The notes below the pieces were generated by a model. It was not told the origin of the DNA. It worked only from the letters and a program-made list of their open reading frames with translations, and did no database searches. From NCBI RefSeq assembly GCF_009914755.1, contig NC_060942.1: a DNA stretch of 64,000 nt; one strand, 5' to 3'. The translations under genes were made by a program, and so were the position numbers. Shown in pieces: positions 12,610-24,600 of the stretch (within the stretch, counting starts at the first letter, position 1; each line of letters starts with the position of its first letter). This DNA is from the human T2T-CHM13v2.0 reference genome, Homo sapiens.

Positions 12610-15600
12610 ATATCTTCCCATAAAAACTAGACAGAAGCATTCTCAGAAACTTACTCGTGATGTGTGTCCTCAACTAAAGGAGTAGAACCTTTCTTTTCAT
12701 AGAGAAGTTTTGAAACGCTCTTTTTGTGGAATCTGCAAGTGGATATTTGGCTAGTTTTGAGGATTTCGTTGGAAGCGGGAATTCATACAAATTGCAGACT
12801 GCAGCGTTCTGAGAAACATCTTTGTGATGTTTGTATTCAGGACACAGAGTTGAACATTCCCTATCATAGAGCAGGTTTGAATCACTCCTTTTGTAGTATC
12901 TGGAAGTGGACATTTGGAGCGCTTTCAGGCCTATGTTGGAAAAGGAAATATCTTCCCATAACAACTAGACAGAAGCATTCTCAGAAACTTATTTGAGATG
13001 TGTGTACTCAACTAAGAGAATTGAACCACCGTTTTGAAGGAGCAGTTTTGAAACTCTCTTTTTCTGGAATCTGCAAGTGGATATTTGGCTAGCTTTGGGG
13101 ATTTCGCTGGAAGCGGGAATACATATAAAAAGCACACAGCAGCGTTCTGAGAAACTGCTTTCTGATGTTTGCATTCAAGTCAAAAGTTGAACACTCCCTT
13201 TCATAGAGCAGTCTTGAAACACCCCTTTTGTAGTATCTGGAACTGGACTTTTGGAGCGATTTCAGGGCTAAGGTGAAAAAGGAAATATCTTCCCATAAAA
13301 ACTGGACAGAAGCATTCTCAGAAACTTGGTTATGCTGTATCTACTCAACTAACAAAGTTGAACCTTTCTTTTGATAGAGCAGTTTTGAAATGGTCTTTTT
13401 GTGGAATCTGCAAGTGGATATTTGGCTAGTTTTGAGGATTTCGTTGGAAGCGGGAATTCATACAAATTGCAGACTGCAGCGTTCTGAGAAACATCTTTGT
13501 GATGTTTGTATTCAGGACACAGAGTTGAACATTCCCTATCATAGAGCAGGTTGGAATCACTCCTTTTGTAGTATCTGGAAGTGGACATTTGGAGCGCTTT
13601 CAGGCCTATTTTGGAAAGGGAAATATCTTCCCGTAACAACTATGCAGAAGCATTCTCAGAAACTTGTTTGTGATGTGTGCCCTCTACTGACAGAGTTGAA
13701 CCTTTCTTTTCATAGAGCAGTTTTGAAACACTCTTTTTGTAGAATCTGCAAGAGGATATTTGCATAGCTTTGAGGATTTCGTGGGAAACGGGATTGTCTT
13801 CAGGTAAAATCTAGACAGAAGCATTCTCAGAAACTTCTTTGGGATGTTTGCATTCAAGTCACAGAGTAGAACATTCCCTTTGGTAGAGCAGGTTTGAAAC
13901 ACTCTTTTTGTAGTATCTGGAAGTGGACATTTGGAGCGCTTTCAGGCCCATGTTGGAAAGGGAAATATCTTCCCGTAACAACTAGGCAGAAGCATTCTCA
14001 GAAACTTATTTGAGATGTGTGTACTCAACTAAGAGAATTGAACCACCGTTTTGAAGGAGCAGTTTTGAAACACTCTTTTTCTGGAATCTGCAAGAGTATA
14101 TTTGCCTAGCCTTGAGGATTTCGTTGGAAACGGGATTGTCTTCAGAGAAAATCTAGACAGAAGCATTCTCAGAAACTTCTTTGGGATGTTTGCATTCAAG
14201 TCACAGAGTAGAACATTCCCTTTGGTAGAGCAGGTTTGAAACACTCTTTTTTTAGTATATGGAAGTGGACATTTTGATCGCTTTCAGGCCTACGTTGGAA
14301 AAGGAAATATCTTCCCATAACAACTAGACAGAAGCATTCTCAGAAACTAGTTTCTGATGTGTGTCCTCAACTAACACAGTTGAACATTTCTTTAGACAGA
14401 ACAGTTTTGAAACACTCTTTTTGTGGAATCTGCAAGTGGCTATTTGGCTAGATTTGAGGATTTCGTTAGAAACGGGATTACATATAAAAAGCAGTCAGCA
14501 GCATTCTCAGAAAGTTCTTTGTGATGATTGCATTCAAGTCACAGAATTGAACATTCCCTTTCACAGAGCAGGTTTGAAACACTCTTTTTGTAGTGTGTGT
14601 AAGTGGACATTTGGAGCACTTACCGGCCTAAGGTGAAAAAGGAAATATCTTCCCATAAAAACTAGACAGAAGCATTCTCAGAAACTTACTCGTGATGTGT
14701 GTCCTCAACTAAAGGAGTAGAACCTTTCTTTTCATAGAGAAGTTTTGAAACGCTCTTTTTGTGGAATCTGCAAGTGGATATTTGGCTAGTTTTGAGGATT
14801 TCGTTGGAAGCGGGAATTCATACAAATTGCAGACTGCAGCGTTCTGAGAAACATCTTTGTGATGTTTGTATTCAGGACACAGAGTTGAACATTCCCTATC
14901 ATAGAGCAGGTTTGAATCACTCCTTTTGTAGTATCTGGAAGTGGACATTTGGAGCGCTTTCAGGCCTATGTTGGAAAAGGAAATATCTTCCCATAACAAC
15001 TAGACAGAAGCATTCTCAGAAACTTATTTGAGATGTGTGTACTCAACTAAGAGAATTGAACCACCGTTTTGAAGGAGCAGTTTTGAAACTCTCTTTTTCT
15101 GGAATCTGCAAGTGGATATTTGGCTAGCTTTGGGGATTTCGCTGGAAGCGGGAATACATATAAAAAGCACACAGCAGCGTTCTGAGAAACTGCTTTCTGA
15201 TGTTTGCATTCAAGTCAAAAGTTGAACACTCCCTTTCATAGAGCAGTCTTGAAACACCCCTTTTGTAGTATCTGGAACTGGACTTTTGGAGCGAATTCAG
15301 GGCTAAGGTGAAAAAGGAAATATCTTCCCATAAAAACTGGACAGAAGCATTCTCAGAAACTTGTTTATGCTGTATCTACTCAACTAACAAAGTTGAACCT
15401 TTCTTTTGATAGAGCAGTTTTGAAATGGTCTTTTTGTGGAATCTGCAAGTGGATATTTGGCTAGTTTTGAGGATTTCGTTGGAAGCGGGAATTCATATAA
15501 ATTGCAGACTGCAGCGTTCTGAGAAACATCTTTGTGATGTTTGTATTCAGGACACAGAGTTGAACATTCCCTATCATAGAGCAGGTTTGAATCACTCCTT

Positions 15601-18600
15601 TTGTAGTATCTGGAAGTGGACATTTGGAGCGCTTTCAGGCCTATTTTGGAAAGGGAAATATCTTCCCGTAACAACTATGCAGAAGCATTCTCAGAAACTT
15701 GTTTGTGATGTGTGCCCTCTACTGACAGAGTTGAACCTTTCTTTTCATAGAGCAGTTTTGAAACACTCTTTTTGTAGAATCTGCAAGAGGATATTTGCAT
15801 AGCTTTGAGGATTTCGTGGGAAACGGGATTGTCTTCAGGTAAAATCTAGACAGAAGCATTCTCAGAAACTTCTTTGGGATGTTTGCATTCAAGTCACAGA
15901 GTAGAACATTCCCTTTGGTAGAGCAGGTTTGAAACACTCTTTTTGTAGTATCTGGAAGTGGACATTTGGAGCGCTTTCAGGCCCATGTTGGAAAGGGAAA
16001 TATCTTCCCGTAACAACTAGGCAGAAGCATTCTCAGAAACTTATTTGAGATGTGTGTACTCAACTAAGAGAATTGAACCACCGTTTTGAAGGAGCAGTTT
16101 TGAAACACTCTTTTTCTGGAATCTGCAAGAGTATATTTGCCTAGCCTTGAGGATTTCGTTGGAAACGGGATTGTCTTCAGAGAAAATCTAGACAGAAGTA
16201 TTCTCAGAAACTTCTTTGGGATGTTTGCATTCAAGTCACAGAGTAGAACATTCCCTTTGGTAGAGCAGGTTTGAAACACTCTTTTTGTAGTATCTGGAAG
16301 TGGACATTTGGAGCGCTTTCAGGCCTACGTTGGAAAAGGAAATATCTTCCCATAACAACTAGACAGAAGCATTCTCAGAAACTAGTTTCTGATGTGTGTC
16401 CTCAACTAACACAGTTGAACATTTCTTTAGACAGAACAGTTTTGAAACACTCTTTTTGTGGAATCTGCAAGTGGCTATTTGGCTAGATTTGAGGATTTCG
16501 TTGGAAACGGGATTACATATAAAAAGCAGTCAGCAGCATTCTCAGAAAGTTCTTTGTGATGATTGCATTCAAGTCACAGAATTGAACATTCCCTTTCACA
16601 GAGCAGGTTTGAAACACTCTTTTTGTAGTGTGTGTAAGTGGACATTTGGAGCACTTACCGGCCTAAGGTGAAAAAGGAAATATCTTCCCATAAAAACTAG
16701 ACAGAAGCATTCTCAGAAACTTACTCGTGATGTGTGTCCTCAACTAAAGGAGTAGAACCTTTCTTTTCATAGAGAAGTTTTGAAACGCTCTTTTTGTGGA
16801 ATCTGCAAGTGGATATTTGGCTAGTTTGGAGGATTTCGTTGGAAGCGGGAATTCATACAAATTGCAGACTGCAGCGTTCTGAGAAACATCTTTGTGATGT
16901 TTGTATTCAGGACACAGAGTTGAACATTCCCTATCATAGAGCAGGTTTGAATCACTCCTTTTGTAGTATCTGGAAGTGGACATTTGGAGCGCTTTCAGGC
17001 CTATGTTGGAAAAGGAAATATCTTCCCATAACAACTAGACAGAAGCATTCTCAGAAACTTATTTGAGATGTGTGTACTCAACTAAGAGAATTGAACCACC
17101 GTTTTGAAGGAGCAGTTTTGAAACTCTCTTTTTCTGGAATCTGCAAGTGGATATTTGGCTAGCTTTGGGGATTTCGCTGGAAGCGGGAATACATATAAAA
17201 AGCACACAGCAGCGTTCTGAGAAACTGCTTTCTGATGTTTGCATTCAAGTCAAAAGTTGAACACTCCCTTTCATAGAGCAGTCTTGAAACACCCCTTTTG
17301 TAGTATCTGGAACTGGACTTTTGGAGCGATTTCAGGGCTAAGGTGAAAAAGGAAATATCTTCCCATAAAAACTGGACAGAAGCATTCTCAGAAACTTGGT
17401 TATGCTGTATCTACTCAACTAACAAAGTTGAACCTTTCTTTTGATAGAGCAGTTTTGAAATGGTCTTTTTGTGGAATCTGCAAGTGGATATTTGGCTAGT
17501 TTTGAGGATTTCGTTGGAAGCGGGAATTCATACAAATTGCAGACTGCAGCGTTCTGAGAAACATCTTTGTGATGTTTGTATTCAGGACACAGAGTTGAAC
17601 ATTCCCTATCATAGAGCAGGTTGGAATCACTCCTTTTGTAGTATCTGGAAGTGGACATTTGGAGCGCTTTCAGGCCTATTTTGGAAAGGGAAATATCTTC
17701 CCGTAACAACTATGCAGAAGCATTCTCAGAAACTTGTTTGTGATGTGTGCCCTCTACTGACAGAGTTGAACCTTTCTTTTCATAGAGCAGTTTTGAAACA
17801 CTCTTTTTGTAGAATCTGCAAGAGGATATTTGCATAGCTTTGAGGATTTCGTGGGAAACGGGATTGTCTTCAGGTAAAATCTAGACAGAAGCATTCTCAG
17901 AAACTTCTTTGGGATGTTTGCATTCAAGTCACAGAGTAGAACATTCCCTTTGGTAGAGCAGGTTTGAAACACTCTTTTTGTAGTATCTGGAAGTGGACAT
18001 TTGGAGCGCTTTCAGGCCCATGTTGGAAAGGGAAATATCTTCCCGTAACAACTAGGCAGAAGCATTCTCAGAAACTTATTTGAGATGTGTGTACTCAACT
18101 AAGAGAATTGAACCACCGTTTTGAAGGAGCAGTTTTGAAACACTCTTTTTCTGGAATCTGCAAGAGTATATTTGCCTAGCCTTGAGGATTTCGTTGGAAA
18201 CGGGATTGTCTTCAGAGAAAATCTAGACAGAAGCATTCTCAGAAACTTCTTTGGGATGTTTGCATTCAAGTCACAGAGTAGAACATTCCCTTTGGTAGAG
18301 CAGGTTTGAAACACTCTTTTTTTAGTATATGGAAGTGGACATTTTGATCGCTTTCAGGCCTACGTTGGAAAAGGAAATATCTTCCCATAACAACTAGACA
18401 GAAGCATTCTCAGAAACTAGTTTCTGATGTGTGTCCTCAACTAACACAGTTGAACATTTCTTTAGACAGAACAGTTTTGAAACACTCTTTTTGTGGAATC
18501 TGCAAGTGGCTATTTGGCTAGATTTGAGGATTTCGTTAGAAACGGGATTACATATAAAAAGCAGTCAGCAGCATTCTCAGAAAGTTCTTTGTGATGATTG

Positions 18601-21600
18601 CATTCAAGTCACAGAATTGAACATTCCCTTTCACAGAGCAGGTTTGAAACACTCTTTTTGTAGTGTGTGTAAGTGGACATTTGGAGCACTTACCGGCCTA
18701 AGGTGAAAAAGGAAATATCTTCCCATAAAAACTAGACAGAAGCATTCTCAGAAACTTACTCGTGATGTGTGTCCTCAACTAAAGGAGTAGAACCTTTCTT
18801 TTCATAGAGAAGTTTTGAAACGCTCTTTTTGTGGAATCTGCAAGTGGATATTTGGCTAGTTTTGAGGATTTCGTTGGAAGCGGGAATTCATACAAATTGC
18901 AGACTGCAGCGTTCTGAGAAACATCTTTGTGATGTTTGTATTCAGGACACAGAGTTGAACATTCCCTATCATAGAGCAGGTTTGAATCACTCCTTTTGTA
19001 GTATCTGGAAGTGGACATTTGGAGCGCTTTCAGGCCTATGTTGGAAAAGGAAATATCTTCCCATAACAACTAGACAGAAGCATTCTCAGAAACTTATTTG
19101 AGATGTGTGTACTCAACTAAGAGAATTGAACCACCGTTTTGAAGGAGCAGTTTTGAAACTCTCTTTTTCTGGAATCTGCAAGTGGATATTTGGCTAGCTT
19201 TGGGGATTTCGCTGGAAGCGGGAATACATATAAAAAGCACACAGCAGCGTTCTGAGAAACTGCTTTCTGATGTTTGCATTCAAGTCAAAAGTTGAACACT
19301 CCCTTTCATAGAGCAGTCTTGAAACACCCCTTTTGTAGTATCTGGAACTGGACTTTTGGAGCGAATTCAGGGCTAAGGTGAAAAAGGAAATATCTTCCCA
19401 TAAAAACTGGACAGAAGCATTCTCAGAAACTTGTTTATGCTGTATCTACTCAACTAACAAAGTTGAACCTTTCTTTTGATAGAGCAGTTTTGAAATGGTC
19501 TTTTTGTGGAATCTGCAAGTGGATATTTGGCTAGTTTTGAGGATTTCGTTGGAAGCGGGAATTCATATAAATTGCAGACTGCAGCGTTCTGAGAAACATC
19601 TTTGTGATGTTTGTATTCAGGACACAGAGTTGAACATTCCCTATCATAGAGCAGGTTTGAATCACTCCTTTTGTAGTATCTGGAAGTGGACATTTGGAGC
19701 GCTTTCAGGCCTATTTTGGAAAGGGAAATATCTTCCCGTAACAACTATGCAGAAGCATTCTCAGAAACTTGTTTGTGATGTGTGCCCTCTACTGACAGAG
19801 TTGAACCTTTCTTTTCATAGAGCAGTTTTGAAACACTCTTTTTGTAGAATCTGCAAGAGGATATTTGCATAGCTTTGAGGATTTCGTGGGAAACGGGATT
19901 GTCTTCAGGTAAAATCTAGACAGAAGCATTCTCAGAAACTTCTTTGGGATGTTTGCATTCAAGTCACAGAGTAGAACATTCCCTTTGGTAGAGCAGGTTT
20001 GAAACACTCTTTTTGTAGTATCTGGAAGTGGACATTTGGAGCGCTTTCAGGCCCATGTTGGAAAGGGAAATATCTTCCCGTAACAACTAGGCAGAAGCAT
20101 TCTCAGAAACTTATTTGAGATGTGTGTACTCAACTAAGAGAATTGAACCACCGTTTTGAAGGAGCAGTTTTGAAACACTCTTTTTCTGGAATCTGCAAGA
20201 GTATATTTGCCTAGCCTTGAGGATTTCGTTGGAAACGGGATTGTCTTCAGATCAAATCTAGACAGAAGCATTCTCAGAAACTTCTTTGGGATGTTTGCAT
20301 TCAAGTCACAGAGTAGAACATTCCCTTTGGTAGAGCAGGTTTGAAACACTCTTTTTTTAGTATATGGAAGTGGACATTTGGAGCGCTTTCAGGCCTATGT
20401 TGGAAAAGGAAATATCTTCCCATAACAACTAGACAGAAGCATTCTCAGAAACTAGTTTCTGATGTGTGTCCTCAACTAACACAGTTGAACATTTCTTTAG
20501 ACAGAACAGTTTTGAAACACTCTTTTTGTGGAATCTGCAAGTGGCTATTTGGCTAGATTTGAGGATTTCGTTGGAAACGGGATTACATATAAAAAGCAGT
20601 CAGCAGCATTCTCAGAAAGTTCTTTGTGATGATTGCATTCAAGTCACAGAATTGAACATTCCCTTTCACAGAGCAGGTTTGAAACACTCTTTTTGTAGTG
20701 TGTGTAAGTGGACATTTGGAGCGCTTTCCGGCCTAAGGTGAAAAAGGAAATATCTTCCCATAAAAACTAGACAGAAGCATTCTCAGAAACTTACTCGTGA
20801 TGTGTGTCCTCAACTAAAGGAGTAGAACCTTTCTTTTCATAGAGAAGTTTTGAAACGCTCTTTTTGTGGAATCTGCAAGTGGATATTTGGCTAGTTTGGA
20901 GGATTTCGTTGGAAGCGGGAATTCATACAAATTGCAGACTGCAGCGTTCTGAGAAACATCTTTGTGATGTTTGTATTCAGGACACAGAGTTGAACATTCC
21001 CTATCATAGAGCAGGTTTGAATCACTCCTTTTGTAGTATCTGGAAGTGGACATTTGGAGCGCTTTCAGGCCTATGTTGCAAAAGGAAATATCTTCCCATA
21101 ACAACTAGACAGAAGCATTCTCAGAAACTTATTTGAGATGTGTGTACTCAACTAAGAGAATTGAACCACCGTTTTGAAGGAGCAGTTTTGAAACACTCTT
21201 TTTCTGGAATCTGCAAGTGGATATTTGGCTAGCTTTGGGGATTTCGCTGGAAGCGGGAATACATATAAAAAGCACACAGCAGCGTTCTGAGAAACTGCTT
21301 TCTGATGTTTGCATTCAAGTCAAAAGTTGAACACTCCCTTTCATAGAGCAGTCTTGAAACACCCCTTTTGTAGTATCTGGAACTGGACTTTTGGAGCGAT
21401 TTCAGGGCTAAGGTGAAAAAGGGAATATCTTCCCATAAAAACTGGACAGAAGCATTCTCAGAAACTTGGTTATGCTGTATCTACTCAACTAACAAAGTTG
21501 AACCTTTCTTTTGATAGAGCAGTTTTGAAATGGTCTTTTTGTGGAATCTGCAAGTGGATATTTGGCTAGTTTTGAGGATTTCGTTGGAAGCGGGAATTCA

Positions 21601-24600
21601 TACAAATTGCAGACTGCAGCGTTCTGAGAAACATCTTTGTGATGTTTGTATTCAGGACACAGAGTTGAACATTCCCTATCATAGAGCAGGTTGGAATCAC
21701 TCCTTTTGTAGTATCTGGAAGTGGACATTTGGAGCGCTTTCAGGCCTATTTTGGAAAGGGAAATATCTTCCCGTAACAACTATGCAGAAGCATTCTCAGA
21801 AACTTGTTTGTGATGTGTGCCCTCTACTGACAGAGTTGAACCTTTCTTTTCATAGAGCAGTTTTGAAACACTCTTTTTGTAGAATCTGCAAGAGGATATT
21901 TGCATAGCTTTGAGGATTTCGTGGGAAACGGGATTGTCTTCAGGTAAAATCTAGACAGAAGCATTCTCAGAAACTTCTTTGGGATGTTTGCATTCAAGTC
22001 ACAGAGTAGAACATTCCCTTTGGTAGAGCAGGTTTGAAACACTCTTTTTGTAGTATCTGGAAGTGGACATTTGGAGCGCTTTCAGGCCCATGTTGGAAAA
22101 GGAAATATCTTCCCGTAACAACTAGGCAGAAGCATTCTCAGAAACTTATTTGAGATGTGTGTACTCAACTAAGAGAATTGAACCACCGTTTTGAAGGAGC
22201 AGTTTTGAAACACTCTTTTTCTGGAATCTGCAAGAGTATATTTGCCTAGCCTTGAGGATTTCGTTGGAAACGGGATTGTATTCAGAGAAAATCTAGACAG
22301 AAGCATTCTCAGAAACTTCTTTGGGATGTTTGCATTCAAGTCACAGAGTAGAACATTCCCTTTGGTAGAGCAGGTTTGAAACACTCTTTTTTTAGTATAT
22401 GGAAGTGGACATTTGGAGCGCTTTCAGGCCTACGTTGGAAAAGGAAATATCTTCCCATAACAACTAGACAGAAGCATTCTCAGAAACTAGTTTCTGATGT
22501 GTGTCCTCAACTAACACAGTTGAACATTTCTATAGACAGAACAGTTTTGAAACACTCTTTTTGTGGAATCTGCAAGTGGCTATTTGGCTAGATTTGAGGA
22601 TTTCGTTGGAAACGGGATTACATATAAAAAGCAGTCAGCAGCATTCTCAGAAAGTTCTTTGTGATGATTGCATTCAAGTCACAGAATTGAACATTCCCTT
22701 TCACAGAGCAGGTTTGAAACACTCTTTTTGTAGTGTGTGTAAGTGGACATTTGGAACCCTTACCGGCCTAAGGTGAAAAAGGAAATATCTTCCCATAAAA
22801 ACTAGACAGAAGCATTCTCAGAAACTTACTCGTGATGTGTGCCCTCAGCTAAAGGAGTAGAACCTTTCTTTTCATAGAGAAGTTTTGAAACGCTCTTTTT
22901 GTGGAATCTGCAAGTGGATATTTGGCTAGTTTTGAGGATTTCGTTGGAAGCGGGAATTCATACAAATTGCAGACTGCAGCGTTCTGAGAAACATCTTTGT
23001 GATGTTTGTATTCAGGACACAGAGTTGAACATTCCCTATCATAGAGCAGGTTTGAATCACTCCTTTTGTAGTATCTGGAAGTGGACATTTGGAGCGCTTT
23101 CAGGCCTATGTTGGAAAAGGAAATATCTTCCCATAACAACTAGACAGAAGCATTCTCAGAAACTTATTTGAGATGTGTGTACTCAACTAAGAGAATTGAA
23201 CCACCGTTTTGAAGGAGCAGTTTTGAAACTCTCTTTTTCTGGAATCTGCAAGTGGATATTTGGCTAGCTTTGGGGATTTCGCTGGAAGCGGGAATACATA
23301 TAAAAAGCACACAGCAGCGTTCTGAGAAACTGCTTTCTGATGTTTGCATTCAAGTCAAAAGTTGAACACTCCCTTTCATAGAGCAGTCTTGAAACACCCC
23401 TTTTGTAGTATCTGGAACTGGACTTTTGGAGCGATTTCAGGGCTAAGGTGAAAAAGGAAATATCTTCCCATAAAAACTGGACAGAAGCATTCTCAGAAAC
23501 TTGTTTATGCTGTATCTACTCAACTAACAAAGTTGAACCTTTCTTTTGATAGAGCAGTTTTGAAATGGTCTTTTTGTGGAATCTGCAAGTGGATATTTGG
23601 CTAGTTTTGAGGATTTCGTTGGAAGCGGGAATTCATACAAATTGCAGACTGCAGCGTTCTGAGAAACATCTTTGTGATGTTTGTATTCAGGACACAGAGT
23701 TGAACATTCCCTATCATAGAGCAGGTTGGAATCACTCCTTTTGTAGTATCTGGAAGTGGACATTTGGAGCGCTTTCAGGCCTATTTTGGAAAGGGAAATA
23801 TCTTCCCGTAACAACTATGCAGAAGCATTCTCAGAAACTTGTTTGTGATGTGTGCCCTCTACTGACAGAGTTGAACCTTTCTTTTCATAGAGCAGTTTTG
23901 AAACACTCTTTTTGTAGAATCTGCAAGAGGATATTTGCATAGCTTTGAGGATTTCGTGGGAAACGGGATTGTCTTCAGGTAAAATCTAGACAGAAGCATT
24001 CTCAGAAACTTCTTTGGGATGTTTGCATTCAAGTCACAGAGTAGAACATTCCCTTTGGTAGAGCAGGTTTGAAACACTCTTTTTGTAGTATCTGGAAGTG
24101 GACATTTGGAGCGCTTTCAGGCCCATGTTGGAAAGGGAAATATCTTCCCGTAACAACTAGGCAGAAGCATTCTCAGAAACTTATTTGAGATGTGTGTACT
24201 CAACTAAGAGAATTGAACCACCGTTTTGAAGGAGCAGTTTTGAAACACTCTTTTTCTGGAATCTGCAAGAGTATATTTGCCTAGCCTTGAGGATTTCGTT
24301 GGAAACGGGATTGTCTTCAGAGAAAATCTAGACAGAAGCATTCTCAGAAACTTCTTTGGGATGTTTGCATTCAAGTCACAGAGTAGAACATTCCCTTTGG
24401 TAGAGCAGGTTTGAAACACTCTTTTTTTAGTATATGGAAGTGGACATTTTGATCGCTTTCAGGCCTACGTTGGAAAAGGAAATATCTTCCCATAACAACT
24501 AGACAGAAGCATTCTCAGAAACTAGTTTCTGATGTGTGTCCTCAACTAACACAGTTGAACATTTCTTTAGACAGAACAGTTTTGAAACACTCTTTTTGTG

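Larger units (their letters stand above)
12300..14334 (+). repeat. Reference canonical 12-mer HOR unit (2035 bp)
   Basis: Monomer starts: 12300, 12467, 12638, 12805, 12976, 13143, 13313, 13480, 13651, 13822, 13993, 14164; next unit at 14335. Lengths 167,171,167,171,167,170,167,171,171,171,171,171 sum to 2035. Confidence 0.97.

Noticed and set aside
14461-14477. Variant box TTTCGTTAGAAACGGGA (also ~18531, 33451, 40230) as a CENP-B loss
   Set aside because: The change is at a non-essential N position of NTTCGNNNNANNCGGGN, so it was used only as a lineage marker.
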